NCBI GenBank assembly: GCA_002269645.1
Contig: NIVC01003669.1
Coordinates: 19,922 to 83,921 of the forward strand
Reading direction: 5' to 3'
DNA from: Macrostomum lignano
Lineage: Eukaryota
DNA: 64,000 nt
Under the pieces are notes generated by a model. That model was given only the letters and a program-made list of their open reading frames with translations, had not been told where the DNA came from and ran no database searches. This document shows, in pieces, positions 1 to 12,500 of this stretch. Every line of letters starts with the position of its first letter. Position 1 is the stretch's first letter. The position numbers and the translations under genes were made by a program.

Positions 1-960
1 AGTGTCTGTCTGTGCCTGAGTGTCTGAGTGTCTGTCTGTCTGTCTGTGCCTGAGTATTTGAGTGTCTGTCTGTCTGTCTGTGCCTGAGTGTCTGAGTGTC
101 TGTCTGTCTGTCTGTGCCTGAGTGTTTGAGTGTCTGTCTGTCTGTCTGTGTCTGAGTGTCTGAGTGTCTGTCTGTCTGTCTGTGCCTGAGTGTCTGAGTG
201 TCTGTCTGTCTGTGTCTGAGTGTCTGAGTGTCTAAGTGTCTGAGTGTCTTAGTGTCTAAGTGTCTGAGTGTCTTAGTGTTTTAGTGTCTGAGTGTCTGAG
301 TGTCTTAGTGTCTGAGTGTCTGAGTGTCTGAGGGTCTGGGTGTCTTAGTGTCTGAGTGTCTGAGTGTCTGAGTGTCTTAGTGTCTGAGTGTCTGAGTGTC
401 TTAGTGTCTGAGTGTCTGAGTGTCTTAGTGTCTGAGTGTCTGGGTGTCTTAGTGTCTGAGTGTCTGAGTGTCTTAGTGTCTGAGTGTCTGAGTGTCTTAG
501 TGTCTGAGTGTCTGGGTGTCTTAGTGTCTGAGTGTCTGAGTGTCTTAGTGTCTGAGTGTCTGGGTGTCTTAGTGTCTGAGTGTCTTAGTGTCTGAGGGTC
601 TGGGTGTCTTAGTGTCTGAGTGTCTGAGTGTCTGAGTGTCTTAGTGTCTGAGTGTCTGGGTGTCTTAGTGTCTGAGTGTCTTAGTGTCTGAGTGTCTGGG
701 TGTCTTAGTGTCTTAGTGTCTGAGTGTCTGGGTGTCTTAGTGTCTGAGGGTCTGAGTGTCTTAGTGTCTGAGTGTCTGAGTGTCTTAGTGTCTGAGTGTC
801 TGAGTGTCTTAGTGTCTGAGTGTCTGGGTGTCTTAGTGTCTGAATGTCTTAGTGTCTGAGTGTCTGGGTGTCTTAGTGTCTGAGTGTCTTAGTGTCTGAG
901 TGTCTGGGTGTCTTAGTGTCTGAGTGTCTGAGTGTCTGAGTGCCTTAGTGCCTGTCTGTC
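1..960. repeat. (GTCT)n grading into an 8-mer GTCTGAGT/GTCTTAGT array
   Basis: direct reading. Confidence 0.95.
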
Positions 961-1381
961 TGTCCGTCTGCCTTTTTGTATACGTATCAGCATTATTTCC
1001 ATGTCATGATTAAACTGTTAAAAAGTTTCAGCATCAAACAGCTGTAATAAATCAGTGCAAAGCAGCCCATTTCACCTGTTAGGATTAGTCACTCGAAAAT
1101 TAGTTACATAATATCTGAAACCATTTCCCTTATTAAAAGCACAGTCGAAAGCTTTATTTGCAAAATTCGCTGTCCTTGTCAACCTGTACTACTCGGAAGT
1201 AACTTAACCGTGTAAAAGTTTGTTTTTTATTTCTACACATCAAACTTAGTCGTGAAGATTTTTGAAAGGTGAAGCAAGCAAATCATTGACATTAAGTGTA
1301 AAATTACTTTAAACCAAGGGTTATGCACTGTACTTTTACATAGTGAGTTTCTTTTTTCAAGATCGCTGTGCGCCGGCTTAC

Positions 1382-1387
1382 CCTTGG
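1382..1387 (-). CDS. HYDIN: Candidate 6-nt HYDIN microexon (CCAAGG)
   Basis: minus strand tttctacctgcag|CCAAGG|gtaagc; preserves the phase 1 left by exon 14. Confidence 0.45.
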
Positions 1388-1487
1388 CTGCAGGTAGAAA
1401 TTTTTAAGTTGAAAGTAATTCATAGAAAGTATCTCTGTTGTCGTTGTCATTAAATCGAGTTCTTATCTCGCTTCACCTAATCTCTCC

Positions 1488-1635
1488 TTTCTACCCCGCA
1501 GACACCCACCTCACTCCCTCGTCCCCTGTCTATCATTTCTACCCCGCAAACACCCACCTCACTCCCTCGTCCCCTGTCTCTCATTTCTACCCCGCAAACA
1601 GCCACCTCACTCCCTCACCCCTGCCTCTCATTTTT
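1488..1635. repeat. 48-bp unit x3
   Basis: tttctaccccgcaaacacccacctcactccctcgtcccctgtctctca. Confidence 0.85.
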
Positions 1636-1711
1636 GCCTGGCGGGCACCCTCCTCGCTCCACGCCCATTAACACATCCTGCATCGCTATCCATCGCCAAC
1701 CTTTCACTCAC

Positions 1712-3527
1712 CTCTACCCTCCTGAGCTGCCAGGGCTGCCACGGCATCTTGGCTGAGGCCGCCGCCAGGCCTGTCTCCGTCGGCGTCGCCTTCGCCCTCC
1801 TCGGCCATGCGCAGTTTAGCCGCCTCAGAGCAGAGCTCGCGAGCTCGCTTTCCAGCCGGAGAGGCGGCCGATCCGATGGCCTCCTTGACCACGCCGTCGA
1901 TGCTTAGCAGAGCGGCCTCGTAGTGCTTGGCCAGCAGGATCGCCGCGTCAGATTTGCCCGACAGCGGAGCGCCGTGCACTATAATCGCGATGCCGCGGCG
2001 GTTGCGGCTGGCCCGACCTTCGTTAGACAGATCGATGCCCAGATAGCGGGCGATCGCCATGGAGACGGGCGTTGCTTCCAGCTCGGCTATTCCGGAGCCC
2101 CCGCTAGCCAGGGTGCGGTTCGAGGCCTCCCGCTCCGGCCCGCGCACTGGGGACGCCGCCACGACGCCGTCTTCGGCATTGCTGGCGACTGGGACGTCCT
2201 CGCCGTTCTCCGCTGCGGCTGCGGCGGCTGCGGCGGCTTCGGCGGCATCCTGCCGGGCCTTCTCGGCCTCGTACTTGCGCAGCTGCTCGGCGTAGAACTC
2301 CAACAGCTCCGGGGGCAGCTTCTCGCCCGGCCGGCGGGGCGGCAGCAGCAGCGTGTTGTACTCATCGTAGCCGGGTATCTGCCTGAGGATTTTCTCCTCT
2401 TCCAAGTAGAACTTGTCGTACTCAAGGCTGTAGAACTCGATGGGGAAGTCGCACGGATTGCGGACGACAATTTCACGCTCAGCGCCGTCCTGAGCGAACG
2501 GCAGGATCGGGCCGAACTCGATCATGTTGCTGTCGAACTCCAGGCGAGGCTCCAGGCCCTGGCCGCGGCACATGACCAGCAGGCGCTGGGAGCTCTGCCC
2601 GATGCGCAGGTTCAGTCGGGACTCGTAGCTCCGCTCCTCTCTCGGTATGAACTTGATCTGCACGTTGAGCTTCTGGCCGGGCCGCAGGTCGCCAAAGCCG
2701 GGGATCATCTCGAAGACTGGCGCCTCGGGGCCGCGCGGAGTTCCCGCTGAGATGTCCTGCGATGACTGCACCTGCTGCTGCTGCTGACGGAGGTACAGCG
2801 GCGAAAATCTGTCGGCGGCTTTGCGACGCTTGCCGCGTTCGGTCAGCGCCGAGTCGGGGATGGCGGACCACTGGGCGGGCACCGGGGAGCAGTTGTGCAG
2901 CTGCACCGTCACCACCTTGGCCTCCGAGCAGTGGACGGTGTTGAAATCCACGAGGTCTCGGCTAACGGTCAGGCAGGGCATTGTGACGTTGGCCTTCAGC
3001 AGCAGCGGCAGGCAGGGCCCGTTGACCAGGTTGATGAACACGCGGCACTGCACCGGCCCGAGCTCCAGGTTGGCGCCGCGCGGGTCGAAGCTGATCCGCA
3101 GGTTCTGCGTCTCCGACGGCGGCAGGTCGCGGACGCGCTCAACGTCGAAGGCGAACCCGAGAGCCCGGGAGTCGTTGCGATTCACCCGGAAGGATAGCGG
3201 CGCGTGGCCGATGTTGGTGGCCCGGAAGGTCTTTGGTTCGACTCCGGAGAGCAGCACGTAGCCAAAGTCGAGCACGTACTCCGGCAGGGTGGGGCGCAGG
3301 ATCTTCGTGCGTCCGTCCATCGGCGGGTTGGCCTTCGCGAATTCGTCGACGAATCGCCTTTCGGCTTCCAGTTTGAGCTGGAGATCGTCCAGCTCGGGCT
3401 TCTCTTTGCGCACCTCGGCCTCCATTTCCTGGGCCTCCGGGCAGCGCGGGATGTCCAGGAAGAGGCGGGGGAACGAGGCCTCACCGCGGACTGTCACCTC
3501 CTTGGCTGGGAAGTGAGCGACTTGCAG
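1712..3527 (-). CDS. HYDIN: HYDIN exon 14 (includes adenylate-kinase-like region)
   Basis: LQVAHFPAKEVTVRGEASFPR...GAPLSGKS...; cgcag / gtgagt; phase 0-1. Confidence 0.92.
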
Positions 3528-6500
3528 CTGCGGGATGATTTGAGGATTTCCGGGTTGGACTTTTGCTTTCGGTTGCCACCTTCAACTTCCGGTTTTTTTT
3601 ATTGAAGTTTCTGGTTTGTATTTTTAGCTTCCGGGTCCTACCACTAGCTTCCGGTTCCTATCATTAGCCTCCAAGTTCCCAAATGTATTAATAGCTTCCG
3701 GTTTCTATCAGTAGCTTCCGGTTCCTATCTGTAGTTTCTGGTTCCTATGCAGTAGCTTCCGGTTCCTATGCAGTAGCTTCCGGTTCCTATGCAGTAGGTT
3801 CCGGTTCCTATGCAGTAGGTTCCGGTTCCTATGCAGTAGGTTCCGGTTCATATGCAGTAGCTTCCGGTTCCTATGCAGTAGGTTCCGGTTCCTATGCAGT
3901 AGGTTCCGGTTCTTATCAGTAGCTTCCGGTTCCTGCTGAAAATTTCCAATTTCAGCAAATTAAAACTAACCTTGAACGTTCGCTGGAACTTGTCGGGATG
4001 TCCGGGATGGTACAGCACCCGCAGCTGCACTGTGGAGTCCGGCGACACAGTGCCGAAGGCTGGCCAAAGGATCGGCACTCCGACTGGCGGGATCGCGCCC
4101 TCCTCCAGCTGCGGCATGTCGGGCGCGGCGAAGGCGAACTCCACCCGGCCCCGGTTGGTGATGCTGAGCTCCGCCTCGGCGATCTGGTTGTACAGGACGC
4201 AGCCGTAGTCCACCTTGCAGGAGCTCAGCTCCGGCTCGATCAGCGAGGACTCGCCGCTGAGCCGTAGCTCGTAGTCCGGGCCGCCGTCGACCTCGCAGAT
4301 GGCCGTCACCTGGGCTTCGATGTCCGGATGGCCGAAGAAGGTCAGCGTGAGCTGCTCGGTCATGCCCGGTGGGATGGTGCCGTGGATCGGCAGGATGTCG
4401 AACACCTCCTCGATGCCCAGCGGCACGATTTCCTTATCCTGTTGAAATGTTTCAGTATGTTTGTAGATAATTTAAGTGGAGATTTCCCTTGATTCTCAAT
4501 CATTATAGTGGGAATTCCCCTCGATTCTCAATCATTATAGTGGGAATTCCCCTCGATTCTCAATCATTATAGTGGGGATTCCCCTCGATTCTCAATCATT
4601 ATACTGGGTATTTCCCTCGATTCTCAATCATTATAGTGGGTATTCCCCTAGATTCTCAATCATTATACTGGGTATTCCCCTCGATTGTCAATCATTATAG
4701 TGGGTATTTCCCTCGATTCTCAATTATTATAGTGGGGATTCCCCTCGATTCTCAATCATTATAGTGGGGATTCCCCTAGATTCTCAATCATTATACTGGG
4801 TATTCCCCTCGATTCTCAATCATTATAGTGGGGATTCCCCTAGATTCTCAATCATTATACTGGGTATTCCCCTCGATTCTCAATCATTATAGTGGGGATT
4901 CCTCTCAATTCTCTTAGCTTAGAGTCAGAAGACCCTTTAAGCCTCAATGACTAGAATGGGGATTTCCCTTAATTGCCAAAGGGATTCCCTTGTTTCTCAA
5001 ATATTTGAACGGGAATCCCCCCATGGTCCCGCTCTTCATTCACCTGCTCGAGCAGTTCGCGCAGCTTCGGATTCAAGGATCGTCGGGAACCCCGGCTGCC
5101 GCCGCTATTCTCCGCCGTCGACGGGCGCCCCTTCGGCTTGGCCGCCGCGGTGGTCGAGACGATCTCCAGCTGCTCGCGGTTGTCAGCCTCATCCTTCTGA
5201 GCGAACAGCTGCGGCACCGAGGCCTCGTTATCGCCCTCCCTGATCGCTCGTCGGGGCACCACAATTTCTTCAACAACTTCGTCGGCTGTGTCCGATTTCT
5301 CTGTTCCGGAATCTTTCTCGGCGGCGTCGACAACTACAACGGCGGGCGGCGGCGGCTCGAGCTCGGACTCGTAGACTTCGGTGTCGCCATCGGCCGGGCT
5401 CTCGCAGTCCTGCAGGCGCATCGCGTCCGGGCTGCGGCTTCGATAGCGGTGGAAGAAGATGTTCGGTCTGTCCTCGCCGATCAGGAACTTCCACCGGTAG
5501 GTGACCGGCAGCGGCGAGGTGTTGGTGACGTTGAGGTACCTGGTGACCTCCGTGTGGTTCAGGATGCAGCCGAAGTTCACTTGATCCTTCTCGAAGGCCA
5601 GGTTGGGGAAGTGGACCTCGCCGCGGAGCGGCACTCGGTCAACGTGCGGATGCTCGCGGTATTCGACGGTGAGGAACTCACCGGCCACGCGGCTGTGCAG
5701 GTCGGTTTTGTAGGACGGGTCGAATTGAACTCGAAGATCGAGCGAGTCGCCGATCTCCAGGGTGACGCTCTGCGGTGCCAATCGGGATAGAAGTGCTTTT
5801 GCAATGTTTTTAAAGATTTTGAGTCCTAGCTCTCAATAACCTATTGAGGTCTTTTATGTGGATTTCCAGATTGAAGAGAATTAAAGTAGGGATTTCCCTC
5901 CATTCTATAAAATTGAAGGGGGTTCCCTTCAATTTCCAAGATTAGAGTGGGACTTCCGAAAGATTCGAGAAGATTCACTCGAAAAGATTCGAATGAGAGG
6001 ATTCCCCTCTGCGTCACTCTCTTAAAGAATCGAATGGGGATTCCTCTCTGGGTCGCTTTAAGATTGAAATGGTGATCCCCCTCTGTACTTCTTAAAGATT
6101 CAAATGGGGATCCCCCTCTGTACTTCTTAAAGATTCGAGTGAGGATTCCCCTGTGTATTTCTTAAAGATTCGAATAGGGATTCCCCCTGGGATTCCCTTC
6201 TGGGATTCCTCCCTGGAATTCCCCTCTGGGATTCCCCTCTGGGATTCCCCTCTGGGATTCCCTATGGGATTCCATTTCCGGGATTCCCCTCTGCGTCACT
6301 CTCTTAAAGAATCGAATGGGGATTCCCCTCTGGGTCGCTTTAAGATTGAAATGGTGATTCCCCTCTGTACTTCTTAAAGATTCAAATGGGGATCCCCCTC
6401 TGTACTTCTTAAAGATTCGAGTGAGGATTCCCCTGTGTATTTCTTAAAGATTCGAATAGGGATTCCCCCTGGGATTCCCTTCTGGGATTCCTCCCTGGAA

Positions 6501-9500
6501 TTCCCCTCTGGGATTCCCCTCTGGGATTCCCCTATGGGATTCCCCTCTGGGATTCCCCTATGGGATTCCCCTATGGGATTCCCCTATGGGATTCCCCTAT
6601 GGGATTCCATTTCCGGGATTCCCCTATGAAATTCCCTTCTATGAGTCTCAAAGATTGGAGTGGGATTCCCCTCTCTGATTCTCATGTGTTAGTCAACCAT
6701 GACAGCTATACTCACGGTCTCTAAACTGAGCCCCGAGTCGGAGGCCACCAGCTGGAACGGGTAGCTGACGGAGATTCTGCAGTGCAGCTGGAGGCCGGAC
6801 ACATTCTCCAGGCTGAGCGGCTGGGTCAGGCACTCCAGCTCCTCGTGCTGAAGCTGGGGGTTCGGTGAGTACAGAGTTTTTGAGACATGGTGATATTTTA
6901 TATTCAAAGTTACTTAAAATAACAATTTGCTTAGGTGAGGATTCACTCTATTAAATTTATTCACAATGACCGCTCGTTCAAATGACTATTCACTAATAGT
7001 GACCATTCACTGAAAATTACTATTCAGTAAAAACTATTCACTGAAAATGACTATTCACTAAAATGACTATTCACTAAAAATGACTATTCACTCGAAATGA
7101 CTATTCACTCAAAATGACTATTCACTCAAAATGACTATTCATTCACTCAAAATGACTATTCATTCACTTAAAATGACTATTCACTCAAAATGAAAGTTCA
7201 CTCAAAATGAAAGTTCACTCAAAATGACTATTCATTCACTCAAAATGACTATTCACTCAAAATGAAAGTTCACTCAAAATGAAAGTTCACTCAAAATGAC
7301 TATTCATTCACTCAAAATGAAAGTTCACTCAAAATGACTATTCATTCACTTAAAATGACTATTCACTCAAAATGAAAGTTCACTCAAAATGAAAGTTCAC
7401 TCAAAATGACTATTCATTCACTCAAAATGACTATTCACTCAAAATAAATGTTCACTCAAAATGACTATTCATTCACTCAAAATGACTATTCATTCACTCA
7501 AAATGACTATTCACTCAAAATGACTATTCACTCAAAATGACTATTCACTCAAAATGACTATTCACTCAAAATGACTATTCACTCAAAATGACTATTCACT
7601 CAAAATGACTATTCACTCAAAATGATTATTCACTCAAAATGACTATTCACTCAAAATGACTATTCACTCAAAATGACTATTCACTCAAAATGACTATTCA
7701 CTCAAAATGACTATTCACTCAAAATGACTATTCACTCAAAATGACTATTCACTAAAAATGACCATTCACGATTCACTAAAAGCTCCGCTAGTCGCTCACC
7801 TTCTCAACCCTGAAGTAGAGCTGCGGTGAGCTGAATCGCACCATGGGGTTGACAAAGTCAACGCACAGATTCACCCGCTTGATCAGCTCCTTGCCGCCCT
7901 GCCGGCCGATGATGGCGTGGCACAGCAGCGTCTCCTCCACCCTGGCCGGCTCGTCCACCCGGCCGCGCAGTTGAATCTCGGCCGACTGTCCGGGTGTCAG
8001 GTCGAACCGGTGCGGCGTCACGGAGAAAATCGGCGCAGTCACGTGATCGGAGTTGGCGGCCATGGCCTGGCGGACAGCCTTCACGTGACTGTAGCCTTCG
8101 GTGGTCCACACCAGCTGCTGGTGCCGGCGGCCGCTGTTGCGGACCACAAAGCGGCGAACGAAATCCGTCTTGCTGAACTGCGGACCGAGGTCCATGGCCT
8201 CGGGCATATCCGGGTCTGTCACGATGGTCGTGCCCTGGCCGTACGCCTGCGGTGAGTTCGGGTGGGATTTGGGTTGCTATGCCCCCTGTCTCATGATCCT
8301 CTCCTCTCAGTCTCCTCTCTACTGCCCCTCACTGTCTCCTCCCTCTCTCCCTCACTGTCTCCTCCCTCTCTCCCTCACTGTCTCCTCCCTCTCTCCCTCA
8401 CTGTCTCCTCCCTCTCTCCCTCACTGTTTCCTCCCTCTCTCCATCCCTGTCTCCTCCCTCTCCCTCACTGTCTCCTCCCTCTCCCTCACTGTCTCCTCCC
8501 TCTCCCTCACTGTTTCCTCCCTCTCCCTCACTGTCTTCTCCCTCTCCCTCACTGTTTCCTCCCTCTCCCTCACTGTCTCCTCCCTCTCTCCATCCCTGTC
8601 TCCTCCCTCTCCCTCACTGTCTTCTCCCTCTCCCTCACTGTTTCCTCCCTCTCCCTCACTGTTTCCTCCCTCTCCCTCACTGTTTCCTCCCTCTCTCCCT
8701 CACTGTCTCCTCCCTCTCCCTCACTGTCTCCTCCCTCTCTCCCTCACTGTTTCCTCCCTCTCCCTCACTGTTTCCTTCCTCTCTCCATCCCTGTCTCCTC
8801 CCTCTCCCTCACTGTCTCCTCCCTCTCCCTCACTGTTTCCTCCCTCTCTCCCTCACTGTCTCCTCCCTCTCCCTCACTGTCTCCTCCCTCTCTCCTCACT
8901 GTCTCCTCCCTCTCCCTCACTGTTTCCTCCCTCTCTCCATCCCTGTCTCCTCCCTCTCCCTCACTGTCTCCTCCCTCTCCCTCACTGTTTCCTCCCTCTC
9001 TCCCTCACTGTCTCCTCCCTCTCCCTCACTGTCTCCTCCCTCTCTCCCTCACTGTCTCCTCCCTCTCCCTCACTGTTTCCTCCCTCTCCCTCACTGTCTC
9101 CTCCCTCTCCCTCACTGTCTCCTCCCTCTCTCCATCCCTGTCTCCTCCCTCTCTCCCTCACTGTCTCCTCCCTCTCTCCCTCACTGTCTCCTCCCTCTCT
9201 CCCTCACTGTCTCCTCCCTCTCTCCCTCACTGTCTCCTCCCTCTCTCCCTCACTGTCTCACTGTCCCTGCATGCGCCTCCTCCCTCATCTCACCTGCAGA
9301 GCCACCTGTTTGGGATTCTCATTCTTGACCTGCACCAGCAGTTTGTCCTGAAACCGCAGGCAGTCATTCAAATTGGCAATGAGAGTCAGTCGAGCGGTCT
9401 GATTGGGTTCAATCACTCCGACATCCGGTACCACCCGGAACTGCGAGTCCTTCCTGGCCAGCTGGCAGGCGAACTCAGCCGGTATCAGCGACTCGTTGCT

Positions 9501-12500
9501 CAGGCAGATCTCCCGGGGGATGTCGGTCAGCACCGGCACCTTGCCGAAGTCCAAGTCGTAGGGTGTCACGTGGACAACCGGGCCCTCGCCGAAGCACTTG
9601 ATGCAGACAACCAGCGGAGGCTGATCGCTGCCAAATATCTTGATGTAGGCCAGCTCCTCGCGCTCTTCGACCTCCCTGACTGCCACAGTCAGCGGCATTT
9701 GGAATGTGGACTTCGGCTGGATAATGCCCTGCAGTGTTGTGTTTGGCAGTGTTTGATGACTAGTGCACATTGTTCACCAGGACTATGAATGTACATTGTA
9801 CGCAAAGACTATGAATGTACATTGTACACAGACTATGAATGCACATTGTACACAAAGACTATGAATGTACATTGTACGCAAGGACTATGAATGTACATTG
9901 TACGCAAAGACTATGAATGTACATTGTACGCAAAGACTAAATGCATTTTGTACACACAAAGACTATGAATGTACATTGTACGCAAAGACTATGAATGTAC
10001 ATTGTACGCAAAGACTATGAATGTACATTGTACGCAAAGACTATGAATGTACATTGTACACAAAGACTATGAATGTACATTGTACGCAAAGACTATGAAT
10101 GTACATTGTACACAAAGACTATGAATGTACATTGTACGCAAAGACTATGAATGTACATTGTACACAAAGACTATGAATGTACATTGTACGCAAAGACTAT
10201 GAATGTACATTGTACACAGACTATGAATGCACATTGTACAGTGTACACAAAGACTATGAATGTACATTGTACGCAAAGACTATGAATGTAAATTGTACGC
10301 AAAGACTATGAATGTACATTGTACGCAAAGACTATGAATGTACATTGTACACAAAGACTAAATGCACATTGTACGCCATGATTTTGGATACACTATACGA
10401 GCGTACACAACAGTACCAACCTTCGGCTTCGGGCTAAAGTACACAATGGAAGTCAGTTCAGGATTCTCCTGCGGCAGCAGCTCGTACTTGGCTGGCAGAT
10501 CCGTGTTGTTCACCAAGCCCACCGTGCGCTGGTCGGGGTAGGGGTGGTTCAGGAACAGCCTGTGATAGTCGAGCACGTTCTGCTCCAGCATGATGTCCGG
10601 CACAATGGACCTGGGTAGAGGGCACAGGCTTGGATATGCAGTATATGAATCGACTAAAGATGCTTAATCTGCAGCTTGAAGATGCTTAATCTACATCTTT
10701 GAGCAGGCTTAATCTACATCTTTGAGCAGGCTTAATCTAAATCTTTGAGCAGGCTTAATCTACATCTTTGAGCAGGCTTAATCTACATCTTTGAGCAGGC
10801 TTAATCTACATCTTTGAGCAGGCTTAATCTACATCTTTGAGCAGGCTTAATCTAAATCTTTGAGAAGGCTTAATCTACATCTTTGAGCAGGCTTAATCTA
10901 CAGCTTTGAGAAGCTTAATCTACAGCTTTGAGAAGGCTTAATCTACAGCTTTGAGAAGGCTTAATCTACATCTTTGAGAAGGCTTAATCTACAGCTTTGA
11001 GCAGGCTTAATCTACAGCTTTGAGAAGGCTTAATCTACATCTTTGAGCAGGCTTAATCTATATCTTTGAGCAGGCTTAATCTACAGCAGATTGCACCCCG
11101 ACCAATCTGTAGTTGAGGAAATTCAAAAGTTCTCAGTGCTCTCATCTGCTACAGCCACTCACTTGGCCACAATGGGAATCGCCAGAACCTCCTGGCCGAC
11201 ATTTTCCACATCCACCACCAAGGAGCTCTTGAACTTGGCGCTGCAGTTGGCGGTCAGCGTCACCGCCACTCTGACGCTGCTCATCGCGTCCAGGTGACCG
11301 CTCTCCGGGTCGATGCTGAACTCCTGCGGCGGCCCGGCTCGGTAGGCCGTTCGGGGCGAGGAGCTGCTGTCCTCGGCGTCCTCGTCCAGAGCGCACACCG
11401 GGCGTCCTTGGCCGTCGCCGGGCACGCGCAGACGGAAGTCCATGGGGATCAGCGAGGTGTTGTTCAGCATGACGGTCTGGGTGGCCGGGAAGCCCAGCGA
11501 GACGGGGCCAAAGCGCAGTTCGGGCGTCTCGAAGTGGAAGGTCGGACCGATGACCGAGCCGCTGGAGGGGAGAGAGAGGCTTGCAACCTTGCGGACTGGG
11601 GAGATGAGATGGGGGAAAGCGAGGGAAGAGAGGAGATGCAGAGACAAAGAGGAGGTGCAGGGTCAGAGAGGAGATGCAGGGATAGAGAGGAGATGCAGGG
11701 ATAGAGAGGAGATGCAGGGATAGAGAGGAGATAAAGGGGCAGAGAGGAGATGCAGGGGCAGAGAGGAGATGCAGGGCAGAGAGGAGATGCAGGGCAGGGA
11801 GGAGATGCAGGGCAGGGAGTAGATGCAGGGCAGGAAGGAGATGCAGGGCAGGGAGGAGATGCAGGGCAGAGAGGAGATGCAGGGCAGAGAGGAGATGCAG
11901 GGGCAGAGAGGAGATGCAGGGCAGAGAGGAGATGCAGGGGCAGAGAGGAGATGCAGGGCAGAGAGGAGATGCAGGGCAGAGAGGAGATGCAGGGGCAGAG
12001 AGGAGATGCAGGGCAGAGAGGAGATGCAGGGCAGGGAGGAGATGCAGGGCAGAGAGGAGATGCAGGGCAGAGAGGAGATACAGGGGCAGAGAGGAGATGC
12101 AGGGCAGAGAGGAGATGCAGGGACAGGAAGGAGATGCAGGGCAGGGAGGAGATGCAGGGCAGGGAGGAGATGCAGGGCAGAGAGGAGATGCAGGGCAGAG
12201 AGGAGATGCAGGGCAGAGAGGAGATGCAGGGGCAGAGAGGAGATGCAGGGCAGAGAGGAGATGCAGGGCAGAGAGGAGATGCAGGGCAGAGAGGAGATGC
12301 AGGGGCAGAGAGGAGATGCAGGGGCAGAGAGGAGATGCAGGGCAGAGAGGAGATGCAGGGCAGAGAGGAGATGCAGGGCAGAGAGGAGATGCAGGGGCAG
12401 AGAGGAGATGCAGGACAGAGAGGAGATGCAGGGCAGAGAGGAGATGCAGGGCAGAGAGGAGATGCAGGGCAGAGAGGAGATGCAGGGCAGAGAGGAGATG

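Noticed and set aside
1923-8255. Plus-strand and alternative-frame ORFs overlapping HYDIN exons (e.g. 1923-2750, 4990-5790, 7917-8255)
   Set aside because: Shadow ORFs of GC-rich coding sequence with no independent protein signal.
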